A stretch of DNA of 64,000 nt from Erysipelotrichales bacterium (lineage in GTDB: Bacteria > Bacillota_I > Bacilli_A > Erysipelotrichales > Erysipelotrichaceae), in the NCBI GenBank assembly GCA_038204785.1, contig JBBRCP010000001.1, forward strand, positions 1,403 to 65,402, given 5' to 3'. The position numbers and the translations under genes were made by a program. The notes below the pieces were generated by a model. The model did no database searches. It was not told where the DNA came from and worked only from the letters and a program-made list of their open reading frames with translations. Every line of letters starts with the position of its first letter. Within the stretch, counting starts at the first letter, position 1. Below are positions 1 to 9,622 of the stretch, one piece after another.

Positions 1-17
1 TCATGTCTTCTACTTCC

Positions 18-44
18 CTAGTCAAAGCATGACTAGTTTTTATT
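18..44 (+). terminator. Intrinsic-terminator-like hairpin, presumably closing a + strand gene that ends at or just before the window edge
   Basis: CTAGTCA (18-24) pairs with TGACTAG (30-36), giving a 7-bp stem with a 5-nt loop. It is followed directly by TTTTTATT (37-44). Confidence 0.5.
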
Positions 45-691
45 CTATCCGATTATTCCAATAAATAAACATACTATAGGGGTTAAATTAGACCGTTTCT
101 TTCGTTTCTTAGTTATCTCTTTTTCCTGTCCATATTTACACCCAACTGGTAATTCTTACTCCAAGATCGTTGCTATTTACAACTTCTTCATAAACACCCT
201 AAATTAGATGAATAAACCTTGTTTTGTATGCAATGTTTAAAGCCGGTAGAATTGGACTGGATTCTATGTCTTTCTAACTTGTTTTTTGCCTATAAGTACA
301 CTTCCAAGGGACTTCCTTTTCATTGACTATGAGTGTGTTTTGTTTGAATGATTTGCACACTATGAGTTTATGACACTTTCTTATTATTAGCCTTCTGTTC
401 TTAGCTGATCATGCTGATCTGAACTTCTACCTAGATCTAGTTTTACTTATTTCACTGTTCCGGCTATCACTTGTTCAACTTCTCATACGCTGTCTCTGCC
501 GGTACTCCTAACCTATAATGTTCTACCTCTGCACTTTCTTTGCTATGCACACTATGAGTGTTTATTAAGTGTACGCAAAGAACTGTTTCACTGAGTGAGA
601 AACAGGTAAGTAGACGATCTCATTTGTTTTTCGATTCGTCCTTGGATGGGACTCTTTATATCTTTAAAATACACCTGTATTAATTGATTGT
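45..691. other. About 650-nt tract with no ORF of 60 aa or more in any frame; function unknown (decayed gene or non-coding RNA locus)
   Basis: The six-frame track is empty here. The + strand is visibly pyrimidine-rich (about 60% T+C in the first 240 nt, counted by hand). A 14-nt exact repeat TGCACACTATGAGT occurs at 354-367 and 546-559, with a partial copy at 326-334. Confidence 0.5.
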
Positions 692-740
692 CAAATTAAA
701 CTAGGACCCTGTGATTAGCGCAGGGTCCTAGTTTAATTTG
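692..740 (-). terminator. Perfect 20-bp inverted repeat with a 9-nt loop, 32 nt downstream of the fnlC-like stop; probable 3'-end structure of the fnl operon (no clear U-tract)
   Basis: CAAATTAAACTAGGACCCTG (692-711) is the exact reverse complement of CAGGGTCCTAGTTTAATTTG (721-740). Confidence 0.45.
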
Positions 741-772
741 AGTCAACTGATTCGTAATTTTGTACTTTTGCT

Positions 773-1900
773 TTACTCTTTACGCCAAACAACACGATTG
801 ATGTAGTCGGTATACGAGAGAATGATACGAAGTACTTTATCTGAAACATTCGGCATCGTGTAATCCGCAACCGCTCTGAAGTCAGTCGGTGATTGTTGGT
901 TAAGGATCGCTAAGCCTTGTAAGATGCGGTCTGAATGTAAGCCGACCGTCATCACAGTTGCTTCTTCCATCGCTTCCGGACGTTCATGCGCGTGCCGGAT
1001 GTTGAGGGAACGAAGTCCTAAGATGGAGGTTTCTTCACTGATGGTGCCACTGTCACTGAGGACGACATTGGCTGACATTTGCAGTTTTACGTAATCGATG
1101 AATCCAAGCGGTTTCATCAGGGTAATCAGTGAATTGAACTTAATGGCTTTTTCTTCGATCATCTTACGTGTTCTGGGGTGCGTTGAAACAATAATCGGTA
1201 ACTGATATGTTTCTGCGATCAGATTCAACGAAGCGACAAGATCGTAGAAATTCCGTTCAGAATTGATGTTCTCCTCGCGATGCGCGGAGACTAAGAAGTA
1301 CCCTTTTTCTTTTAGATGAAGTTGATTTACGATATCTGATTTCTTGATCTGATCTAGTTTGTTGGTCAATACTTCAAACATCGGACTGCCGGTTTTGATG
1401 ATACAATCGGCCGGTAATCCTTCACGCAACAAGTATTCACGCGCGATATCACTGTAGGTCATGTTGATATCCGAAATATGATCGACAATCTTACGATTCG
1501 TTTCTTCCGGAACCCGTTGGTCAAAAGAACGATTACCGGCTTCCATATGGAAGATCGGTATATGTCTGCGTTTTGCCGCAATGGCGCATAAACATGAGTT
1601 GGTATCTCCTAAAATCAAGACAGCTTCCGGCTTTACGTCATCCAGCACTTTATCAATACCGATCAGGATATTCCCAATCGTTTCAATCGCTGTGCCGTTA
1701 GCCGCATTCAGAAAATAGTCCGGTTTTTTAAGTTCGAAATCATGAAAGAAAACTTCATTGAGTTCATAATCATAATTCTGACCGGTATGTACCAGAATGT
1801 GTTCAATGGCGTCGGAGTGGTCAAGTTTCTTGATCACGGCCGAAAGACGAATGATTTCGGGCCGTGTTCCGACGATGGTCATTACTTTTAGTTTACTCAT
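773..1900 (-). CDS. fnlC: Non-hydrolysing UDP-N-acetylglucosamine 2-epimerase, CapG/FnlC type (last step of UDP-L-FucNAc synthesis)
   Basis: 375 aa. The N-terminus MTIVGTRPEIIRL and the length are typical of WecB-family 2-epimerases. It has an ATG start, overlaps the upstream CapF-like gene by 8 nt and completes a CapE/F/G triad. Confidence 0.85.
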   Translation of the reverse strand: MSKLKVMTIVGTRPEIIRLSAVIKKLDHSDAIEHILVHTGQNYDYELNEVFFHDFELKKPDYFLNAANGTAIETIGNILIGIDKVLDDVKPEAVLILGDTNSCLCAIAAKRRHIPIFHMEAGNRSFDQRVPEETNRKIVDHISDINMTYSDIAREYLLREGLPADCIIKTGSPMFEVLTNKLDQIKKSDIVNQLHLKEKGYFLVSAHREENINSERNFYDLVASLNLIAETYQLPIIVSTHPRTRKMIEEKAIKFNSLITLMKPLGFIDYVKLQMSANVVLSDSGTISEETSILGLRSLNIRHAHERPEAMEEATVMTVGLHSDRILQGLAILNQQSPTDFRAVADYTMPNVSDKVLRIILSYTDYINRVVWRKE

Positions 1901-3014
1901 CTTGATTTACCTCCGTATAGTAGGTATCCGGCTTCGCCGGATCATACACTTCTGTTGACCAGAATAACGTGATCAGTTCACTCGTTCCGGTATTGGTGAT
2001 GCAATGGGTATAGCCGGTGGGAATATCCACGACCCGCGGTTTATCTCCATTGACGATATAGGTGATCACTTGGTTGGAGAAGATCTGACGGAATTGAATC
2101 ACCGCATCCCCTTGGATCACCAAGAACTTTTCGGCTTTGGTATGATGCCAATGGTTACCGCGTGTAATACCGGATTTTGTTTTTGACACAAAAACCTGTC
2201 CCATGGTTGGAGATTTGATGAATTCCGCCAACCATCCGCGATCATCCGACTTTTTTTGGAGGTCATAAGCGAAATTCTCAACATCCAAATAAGACAAGTA
2301 GGTCCCATACAAGGCTCGATCGAAATGACTGTTCAACACAGGTAGATACAAGTTATCACGCGTCTGACGGAAAGCGATAAGTTTATCTGCCAGTTCACCC
2401 AGCGCAATCACGGTGGTCGTAGGAACGATACAGAACTTATCGATCATCACGCTTACTCCGCTCAGTGCGTTCACAAATTCACGCACCACATCATCGATAT
2501 GGCAAAGTTCTATGGTAACTTCTCGGTTATTGATGGTGATCGGCAGATCATGAGAGATATTATAGGAAAAAGTAGCGACCACGGAATTATAGTTGGGGCG
2601 ACTCCATTTACCGAAGAGATTCGCAAGTCGATACACATAGACTGTCAAATTATTTCGCTTCCCATAAGCGAATAAGAGGTCTTCTCCGGCCTTTTTACTG
2701 AGTCCGTAGGGATTATTCAATTCAGCTTGGATCGATGACGTAATCAACACCGGTGACGTATTGTGGTGTTTCTCCAATAAATCCAAGAGTGTACTTGTAA
2801 AACCAAAGTTACCCCTCATAAATTCAGCCGGATCTTCCGGTCGGTTCACACCGGCTAGGTGATACACAAACTCACAGTCACGTGTAAAAACATCTAACTG
2901 TTCAAGTGGTGTATCCAGATCTACTTCATAGATCTCATGGATCTTTAACGTTTGTAATTGCGCAATCAGATTCCGACCGACAAACCCTTTCGCTCCGGTA
3001 ACTAAACACTTCAC
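1893..3014 (-). CDS. fnlB: CapF/FnlB-like bifunctional reductase/epimerase (SDR domain plus C-terminal cupin)
   Basis: 373 aa. It has an N-terminal Rossmann motif TGAKGFVGRN and a C-terminal cupin-like segment GNHWHHTKAEKF. The GTG start sits in a GTGA overlap with the fnlA stop. Confidence 0.8.
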   Translation of the reverse strand: MKCLVTGAKGFVGRNLIAQLQTLKIHEIYEVDLDTPLEQLDVFTRDCEFVYHLAGVNRPEDPAEFMRGNFGFTSTLLDLLEKHHNTSPVLITSSIQAELNNPYGLSKKAGEDLLFAYGKRNNLTVYVYRLANLFGKWSRPNYNSVVATFSYNISHDLPITINNREVTIELCHIDDVVREFVNALSGVSVMIDKFCIVPTTTVIALGELADKLIAFRQTRDNLYLPVLNSHFDRALYGTYLSYLDVENFAYDLQKKSDDRGWLAEFIKSPTMGQVFVSKTKSGITRGNHWHHTKAEKFLVIQGDAVIQFRQIFSNQVITYIVNGDKPRVVDIPTGYTHCITNTGTSELITLFWSTEVYDPAKPDTYYTEVNQDE

Positions 3015-4033
3015 TTGCTGGTCCAGTCCTTCAACTCTTCGCGCAGATAGTCAAGTTCCATTAATTTAGCTTTGATCTCATCGACATTTAATCGAACTGT
3101 ATTATGGCTGGTATATTCTTCTTCCTGTGAAAGTTCAACATCCCCTTCAACGAAGTATTTATCATAATTCAAATCACGCTTATCCGCCGGCACACAGTAG
3201 AAACCCCCCATGTCTTTCGCAACCAAGTATTCTTCCTTGGTCAATAGAGTTTCATAGAGTTTCTCGCCATGACGCGTCCCAATGATCTTGATGGGCAGAT
3301 CCGAATGAAACAATTCTTTAATGGCTTGCGCCAGATCCCCTACCGTCGAAGCAGGACTCTTCTGAACCATAATATCCCCGGCATGGCCATTCTCAAACGC
3401 AAACAACACTAATTCAACAGCTTCATCCAAACTCATCAAAAACCGTGTCATATCAGGATTCGTGATCGTCAACGGACGATTACTTTTGATTTGGCTGATA
3501 AATAACGGAATTACAGATCCACGACTCGCCATCACATTGCCATAACGCGTGCCACAGATCATTGTTTCTGTTTCATTGATCGTTTTTGATTTCGCCACAA
3601 ACACTTTTTCCATCATTGCTTTGGAGATCCCCATCGCATTGATCGGATACGCTGCTTTATCGGTGGATAAACAGATTACTTTTTTTACGTTATTCTCAAT
3701 CGCTGCCGTCAACACATTATCGGTCCCCAGCACATTGGTCTTGACTGCTTCTAAGGGGAAGAACTCACACGAAGGCACTTGTTTCAGTGCCGCCGCATGA
3801 AAGATATAGTCGACACCATGCATCGCATTCTTAATACTCGCCAGATCTCGTACATCGCCAATATAGAATTTAAGTTTATCATTCTTATAAAGAATCCGCA
3901 TATCCTCTTGTTTTTTCTCGTCACGCGAGAAAATTCGTATCTCTTTTATATCTGTATTCAGAAAGCGTTTCATTACCGCATTGCCAAACGAACCGGTCCC
4001 ACCCGTGATAAGTAATGTTTTATTTTTAAACAT
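3011..4033 (-). CDS. fnlA: UDP-GlcNAc 4,6-dehydratase/5-epimerase, CapE/FnlA type
   Basis: 340 aa. It carries the LITGGTGSFGN Rossmann motif of the polysaccharide-biosynthesis (Polysacc_synt_2) short form. A strong SD (AAGGGGGA) precedes the ATG. Confidence 0.85.
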   Translation of the reverse strand: MFKNKTLLITGGTGSFGNAVMKRFLNTDIKEIRIFSRDEKKQEDMRILYKNDKLKFYIGDVRDLASIKNAMHGVDYIFHAAALKQVPSCEFFPLEAVKTNVLGTDNVLTAAIENNVKKVICLSTDKAAYPINAMGISKAMMEKVFVAKSKTINETETMICGTRYGNVMASRGSVIPLFISQIKSNRPLTITNPDMTRFLMSLDEAVELVLFAFENGHAGDIMVQKSPASTVGDLAQAIKELFHSDLPIKIIGTRHGEKLYETLLTKEEYLVAKDMGGFYCVPADKRDLNYDKYFVEGDVELSQEEEYTSHNTVRLNVDEIKAKLMELDYLREELKDWTSK

Positions 4034-4070
4034 GTGAAATCCCCCTTATTGCGTGTTAAATTTCCTTTAG

Positions 4071-4099
4071 ATTATACCACTATCCTCATCCTTTTTCAA
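4071..4099 (-). promoter_or_regulatory. Sigma-A-type promoter of the fnlABC operon
   Basis: On the minus strand: -35 TTGAAA (4094-4099), a 17-nt spacer ending in TGg, and -10 TATAAT (4071-4076), an extended -10. It lies about 38 nt upstream of the fnlA ATG. Confidence 0.55.
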
Positions 4100-4111
4100 A
4101 ATCGCAATCGC

Positions 4112-4149
4112 ATTCTCGACCGTTTCTCAACCACGAACCAGTCGAGAAT
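4112..4149. promoter_or_regulatory. 9-bp inverted repeat ATTCTCGAC-N20-GTCGAGAAT just upstream of the fnl -35 box; candidate regulator-binding site
   Basis: Inverted repeat read directly from the sequence. It sits 13 nt upstream of the -35 hexamer. Confidence 0.3.
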
Positions 4150-4293
4150 CGAATATACGTTATTACTTTTTAGCTAAGTTCACGATGATTTGATTGCCCG
4201 CAACAAGCGAATCCCTGTTAGATCTAGATATATTTTCAATCTATCCTGATCTTTTTTATTGTGATTTATCTTACCCACTCGATGGATTGCCTT

Positions 4294-4322
4294 GATTCTC
4301 ACTACCTATGGTAGTGAGAATC
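4294..4322. repeat. 13-bp perfect inverted repeat GATTCTCACTACC-tat-GGTAGTGAGAATC between the galE terminator and the fnl promoter
   Basis: Read directly from the sequence. It shares the GATTCTC core with the repeat at 4112-4149. Confidence 0.4.
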
Positions 4323-4356
4323 CACTTATCGTGTGAGTGATTCTTGATCTCAACCT

Positions 4357-4385
4357 AAAAAAAAGATGAAATTGCTTCATCTTTT
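4357..4385 (-). terminator. Rho-independent terminator after galE (bidirectional architecture)
   Basis: The minus strand reads AAAAGATGAA-gcaat-TTCATCTTTT followed by a T-run. It starts 6 nt after the galE stop. Confidence 0.75.
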
Positions 4386-4390
4386 GAAAC

Positions 4391-5401
4391 TTATTTATAG
4401 CCGTCCGGATTCTGACGTTGCCATCTCCAAGAATCACGACACATATCTTCCAAACTCTTCTCGGCTTTCCAATCAAGTTCACGTAAAGCTTTATCGGCAT
4501 CGGAATAACAAGTCGCAATATCACCGGGTCTGCGAGCTGCGATCACGTATGGGATCTCCACATGATTGGCACTCATAAACGCATGGACAACATCTAACAC
4601 ACTGTAACCGATGCCGGTTCCTAAGTTATAGATATGTGTCCCGGTCGAATCCATGGCTTTACGCAGCGCCTTAACGTGGCCTATCGCTAAGTCGACAACA
4701 TGGATATAGTCACGTACACCGGTACCGTCATGTGTTTCATAATCATCTCCGTAAATGGATAATTGTTTACGCTTACCGATCGCTACTTGGGTAATAAACG
4801 GCATCAAGTTATTGGGAATTCCATTCGGATCTTCACCGATTTGGCCGGATTCATGGGCACCGATCGGATTGAAATAACGAAGTAACACCACCGACATTTC
4901 AGGATCTGCGACGGCCAGATCCGTTAAGATCTGTTCGATCATCAACTTCGTACTACCATATGGACTGGTTGTACTCAGCGGCATATCTTCCGTTAACGGA
5001 GAAACATTGTTCATTCCGTAAACTGTTGCCGAAGAACTGAAAACAATCTTCTTACACTGATACTTCGCCATCAGTTCACACAAGATCAGTGTGCCGGTAA
5101 GATTGTTTTGATAGTACCTGAGCGGAATTCCAACTGATTCGCCGACTGCTTTAAGACCGGCGAAATGGATGACTGCGTCGATCTTGTTTTCGATAAAGAC
5201 CTGTTCCAGGGCATTTCGGTCGAGTAAATCGACCTCATAGAACTTGAACTTTTGGTTACTTATCGCCTCCGTTCGCTTGATCGCTTCCGGTTTACTGTTG
5301 ATGAAATTATCGACGATAATGATCTCATCAAACTTTTTAACTAACTCGATAATGGTGTGGGTGGCAATGTAGCCGGCTCCGCCGGTAATTAGTATGGCCA
5401 T
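4391..5401 (-). CDS. galE: UDP-glucose 4-epimerase
   Basis: 336 aa. It has ILITGGAGYIATHT at the N-terminus and the YGSTK catalytic motif. The SD is AAGAGGA. Confidence 0.9.
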   Translation of the reverse strand: MAILITGGAGYIATHTIIELVKKFDEIIIVDNFINSKPEAIKRTEAISNQKFKFYEVDLLDRNALEQVFIENKIDAVIHFAGLKAVGESVGIPLRYYQNNLTGTLILCELMAKYQCKKIVFSSSATVYGMNNVSPLTEDMPLSTTSPYGSTKLMIEQILTDLAVADPEMSVVLLRYFNPIGAHESGQIGEDPNGIPNNLMPFITQVAIGKRKQLSIYGDDYETHDGTGVRDYIHVVDLAIGHVKALRKAMDSTGTHIYNLGTGIGYSVLDVVHAFMSANHVEIPYVIAARRPGDIATCYSDADKALRELDWKAEKSLEDMCRDSWRWQRQNPDGYK

Positions 5402-5426
5402 ACTCGATCCTCTTGCTTTCTCTGTT

Positions 5427-7529
5427 TTAGTTACAGTTTACTTTATAGATTCGCAATCCATCCAGATTATAGGTTTGGCGTAAATCCAACTTATCGGAAG
5501 TGAAGCTTGTGATATCTTCTTTCGCTGCAATATAGTCGGCTTTTAACACACATACATCATTCACGGTAAGATTTATAACAAAGAAATCGGGATGAGGCAG
5601 ACGAAATGTTGTTTGGGTCGTTGTTAGCGAAATCGCAACTCTTGCGTAGCGATTATACACATCCGTATATTTTTTTGAAGTATCGATTTTCTCCCAAAGC
5701 TCTTTATTTGGATAAAAGTTGACTGAATTGATGACTTTCGCTCCATTAGCCACCATATAGTTTGATATCATCGCATCCTCTCCAACAACAATCCATCTTG
5801 CGTTTGGTTCTGCAGTAGCTATCTTTCGAATTTCTTTGGCAAATGGTTTATCATAGATGATACTCAACCCTTTATTTACCGGATTCACAGTCGCACCAAC
5901 TCCGAGAAGAAGTAGAATTAAATATACGGCTATCCATTTATTGAGTTTGCGGTTGTTCTGTAACAAGATTAATATCGGAAATCCTAACACCGCACTACTC
6001 AATAACATCATTTTCAAACTTAAATAACCCGGCAGAATATCATAGGAATATAGAATACCGGCAACTATAACAACAATCGTACTAGCTACCGAAACAAGTC
6101 TTTCAGTTAGCGATGTAGCATCATCCTGTTGGTAAACAGCCATAATGTGGACAATTAGATAGATGCAAATAAGCCCAATGACGATATTTGATCGTTGTGG
6201 AAAAGACATATACATGAACGTTATTTTCGCGATGAATGAAGGCAACTCAACGACATTCCATAGTCCTATAAAAACACATAGAAAGATCAAAATAGTCAAT
6301 AAAGGATCATGTTTTTTATTTCTGAAGTTCTTAAAGGACAGCCATCCTGCCATCATTAGGGGAATTGGAAATAATCCGATAAACTGCGAGAATTCTGACG
6401 AATTAGGGCTATCTCGAAATGGTAGATAAATTGTATTGAAATAGTCGAATAACTGTGGCCATCCATAACCACCTGTAATAAACCTTTCGCCCGGATAAAC
6501 AGTCGACATTGTTGCATTGACAACTTCCATTGAGTTGATCAGTGCCGGAGCAACGATTCCGATCATCATCAGTACACTTAAGAATAAATAGCCCAAATCA
6601 CGGTAATTAAATTTATAGTTGTTGTCTATGAAAACCCAGATTACCAATCCCAAAAACATATAACCGAACGGAACCTGCCATGCCGGATAAACACACATGA
6701 TGTAACCACTGCCGGAAAGTGCCAGAAGAAAGGTATACACTAGTTTCATTTTCCATTTTGTTGATTTAAGGAAACGATCGAGAAAGACAATAGCAAGTTG
6801 CCCATACATAAGAATCGATAATGGATACCACCATTGAATTGCAGGAGCGAACGTGATCATGATGGCTCCCATCAGTGCATAGAGTTTATTCTTCTTGGCA
6901 AAGAGCATGCATAATTCGAAAGATCCGAAGAACATCACGAATAGTTTCCCGAACCAATAGAATGAAAAGCCCATTTCGGCATTGAGGAACAAGAACCCCG
7001 TCATGAAGAGATTTGAAAGTATAGAAATATTACGCGTTGGCAGTTGCGGGAACATATTCACGTTACTATCGCGGGCCATCAATAATGGGTTATTATTAGC
7101 GAAATCTACATTTTCCGATGTTTGCGACAGCGTTATCGGTGTCATGATCAGCCATTCATCACTGCGAATCGCTCTCGGTACACCAAAAATCGGTTGTGAA
7201 TCAGTCACCTCGATATTCGGTTGAATATAATATTTGTAATAACCTATTGAAGAACCATTGTATCCATTAATAACAATGAAGATAAATAACACGGTTCCGA
7301 TAATGTATCGTTTATGGTACATAAAGTTATAAAGTTTGTTAATATTAAAAATTAGATGCATGCTCAAAAAATAAATTAGTCCAGTATAAATGACAATACG
7401 ATCGATTGAAATGTAGCTGGACTTAAATAAAATAAATTCAAAAAACCAGGCACAGCCTAGTGAGAGTAAAAAGAATAGAATTAATTTTATTTTAAGATCA
7501 ATGTTCTTGTAGGTTTTCAATAATGACAT
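5427..7529 (-). CDS. 700-aa polytopic membrane protein; putative GT-C-like (polyprenyl-phosphate-sugar dependent) extracytoplasmic glycosyltransferase
   Basis: It has more than 12 hydrophobic helices, an early loop motif RAIRSDEW and a soluble C-terminal domain of about 150 aa. It lies directly downstream of the DPM1-like GT2. No family was recognised with certainty. Confidence 0.45.
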   Translation of the reverse strand: MSLLKTYKNIDLKIKLILFFLLSLGCAWFFEFILFKSSYISIDRIVIYTGLIYFLSMHLIFNINKLYNFMYHKRYIIGTVLFIFIVINGYNGSSIGYYKYYIQPNIEVTDSQPIFGVPRAIRSDEWLIMTPITLSQTSENVDFANNNPLLMARDSNVNMFPQLPTRNISILSNLFMTGFLFLNAEMGFSFYWFGKLFVMFFGSFELCMLFAKKNKLYALMGAIMITFAPAIQWWYPLSILMYGQLAIVFLDRFLKSTKWKMKLVYTFLLALSGSGYIMCVYPAWQVPFGYMFLGLVIWVFIDNNYKFNYRDLGYLFLSVLMMIGIVAPALINSMEVVNATMSTVYPGERFITGGYGWPQLFDYFNTIYLPFRDSPNSSEFSQFIGLFPIPLMMAGWLSFKNFRNKKHDPLLTILIFLCVFIGLWNVVELPSFIAKITFMYMSFPQRSNIVIGLICIYLIVHIMAVYQQDDATSLTERLVSVASTIVVIVAGILYSYDILPGYLSLKMMLLSSAVLGFPILILLQNNRKLNKWIAVYLILLLLGVGATVNPVNKGLSIIYDKPFAKEIRKIATAEPNARWIVVGEDAMISNYMVANGAKVINSVNFYPNKELWEKIDTSKKYTDVYNRYARVAISLTTTQTTFRLPHPDFFVINLTVNDVCVLKADYIAAKEDITSFTSDKLDLRQTYNLDGLRIYKVNCN

Positions 7530-7566
7530 TATGTATCCTTGCCTTTCGTCGTTCTGTCAGCGTTAT

Positions 7567-8274
7567 TTAGTTTTTTCTGGCAGTACTCTTCACCAAAATC
7601 GAAAAACAAACAGATACCATGTAGTAAACAGATTTCCATGCTCGAATAGAAGATACACCACCTTCACGCTCATTCATTTTGACCGGAACTTCTTTGATTT
7701 CAATATTGTTGAAAAGAAGGGTTGCGATCGTCTCCGGTTCCGGATAATCGGTTGGATACGACTCTGCAAACATCTTGATCACGGCTTGATTTGCCCCTCG
7801 GAATCCGGATGTCGGATCCGTGATCACATGCGAAGTCATCAGTTTGATCAGACTGGAGATCAACTTAATTCCAATGCGACGTGCTTGTGTGGATTTGAAT
7901 CCGTCACTGTTCGTATCGATAAATCGTGAACCAATACAGAAATCAACTTCTTTATCGAGGATCGGTTGAATTATGTCGGAAACATATTCAACATTATGTT
8001 GGCCATCACCGTCAAATTGAACGGCAATGTCATAATGATGATAAAGGGCATATTTATAACCCGTCTGCATGGCTCCGCCGATACCTAAATTAAGAATCAA
8101 ATCAATAAGCGGGATATCATTTTCAATACAGATCTGTGCTGTACGATCTTTGGATCCATCATTGATGACGATTACATCCCAGTGTTGATTGAAATCTTTG
8201 ATGCGTTTATACGTCGCCAGAATGTTAGCTTCTTCATTATAAGCAGGAATGATCAATAATACTCGTTGTTCCAT
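7567..8274 (-). CDS. Family-2 glycosyltransferase, DPM1 / polyprenyl-phosphate sugar synthase-like
   Basis: 235 aa. Motifs are LLIIPAYNEE, VINDGSKDRT and QFDGDGQH (DxD-type). This is the short soluble form that commonly co-occurs with DUF2304. Confidence 0.75.
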   Translation of the reverse strand: MEQRVLLIIPAYNEEANILATYKRIKDFNQHWDVIVINDGSKDRTAQICIENDIPLIDLILNLGIGGAMQTGYKYALYHHYDIAVQFDGDGQHNVEYVSDIIQPILDKEVDFCIGSRFIDTNSDGFKSTQARRIGIKLISSLIKLMTSHVITDPTSGFRGANQAVIKMFAESYPTDYPEPETIATLLFNNIEIKEVPVKMNEREGGVSSIRAWKSVYYMVSVCFSILVKSTARKN

Positions 8275-8380
8275 ATAGTAAGCCCCTTCTGATCCGGTGA
8301 ACTTGTCATTACACGCATACGATCATTTATGTTAACGCATTGAAAGCGGATTCTCTTCGCACTTCGAAATGATCATTCAT

Positions 8381-9622
8381 TTACGTTGTTGATTGTTTAA
8401 GTTGCTCGAGTTTAATCGCATAGGTGATCCAAAATAACAAGCATTGGAGGATCATTGTCCCAAAGAAAGAATATAACGCTCCGCGTAACCCAAATAACCG
8501 AATCAACGCAAAGGACAACGCAAACGCCGAAACTAAACTGAGACCGTAAATATAATATTGTCCCTTGAACGAACGAAGAACAGTCAAGATGTTCGATAAC
8601 ACAAATGCACCACCGCTAAAGATCCCTCCGAGTACGACTAGAGTCAGTTCAATTCGATAGGGCATCAGATCGATCCCATATACCAAACTCAATAGCGGTG
8701 CTCCAAACGCATACGTTACGATCACAGCGATGATTCCCAATCCACTTAAATAGACCAGTATCTTGTTGACACTACGCTTAAACGCCATGTAATCACTGTT
8801 ATGGTGCAATTCAGAGATCCCTCTGAGATAAGGTTGCATCACAAACTGGGCAAACAACGTCACGATTGATGCCGGTGCCAATAAAATACCGAAATAACCA
8901 ACCATCTCATCCGATAACGTGATATCCACCACATAACGAGTCGCATTCATCAACAGTAATTGCAGGAAAGAAAACAAGAAGATTGGAAAACAGATCCGAA
9001 ATAAGCGCAAAAGAATTCGATCAAATTGCCGAGTGGCGTTGGTATAACGATGGACGATTTTACGATCGTACACCATCAAGATCAAGTAATTAGCGATCAA
9101 AAATGAAAAACCGGAAATCAAAAGGTTATGCGTCAATAGATCTAAGCCAATAAACAACGAAAAACTGATCACCGATTTCATTGCAAATGATTTACCGACG
9201 GAGGATAAATTATGGTTATTCTGCATGATTCCGTAATACGAATCAGAAATGGACTCAACTGTTCTGAATGCCAGTTGCACAAACAACAGACTGACTTTGA
9301 ATGGATCATAACCACTTAGCCAGCATATGATCGCTGCTACAACAAACATGACCAACGATGCTGCATACCGCAGTGTAATGAAATGGGAATCGGTAAACTT
9401 CGAATCGATTTCCGAAACATGATAGATACGTCCTCCATACATTGATATCGTCGAAAGTACAGCAGCAAAATAGAATGTAAACGAAAATAACCCACTCTGG
9501 CTAATGCCATTGAAACGGGTAATAAAGATGATCAAAAAGATCGGATAAAACGCATTGAGTGTGATACCCAACGTATGCCAAATAGCATTCTGATCAGCTG
9601 ATATTCTCAACTTACTTTTCAT
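8381..9622 (-). CDS. Multi-pass membrane protein, oligosaccharide/polysaccharide flippase (MOP/Wzx-like)
   Basis: 413 aa with about 12 predicted TM helices. It overlaps the DUF2304 gene by 11 nt. Confidence 0.55.
   Translation of the reverse strand: MKSKLRISADQNAIWHTLGITLNAFYPIFLIIFITRFNGISQSGLFSFTFYFAAVLSTISMYGGRIYHVSEIDSKFTDSHFITLRYAASLVMFVVAAIICWLSGYDPFKVSLLFVQLAFRTVESISDSYYGIMQNNHNLSSVGKSFAMKSVISFSLFIGLDLLTHNLLISGFSFLIANYLILMVYDRKIVHRYTNATRQFDRILLRLFRICFPIFLFSFLQLLLMNATRYVVDITLSDEMVGYFGILLAPASIVTLFAQFVMQPYLRGISELHHNSDYMAFKRSVNKILVYLSGLGIIAVIVTYAFGAPLLSLVYGIDLMPYRIELTLVVLGGIFSGGAFVLSNILTVLRSFKGQYYIYGLSLVSAFALSFALIRLFGLRGALYSFFGTMILQCLLFWITYAIKLEQLKQSTT

Noticed and set aside
1-772. Insertion sequence, group II intron or prophage remnant at the left edge
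   Set aside because: There is no transposase, reverse-transcriptase or integrase ORF. I found no terminal inverted repeats and no recognisable group II intron 5' GUGYG or domain V signature. It is kept only as an unexplained ORF-free tract.
4306-4578. Two ORFs of about 70 aa spanning the galE 3' end and its terminator
   Set aside because: They overlap the galE coding sequence and the intrinsic terminator, and they have no SD or recognisable domain.
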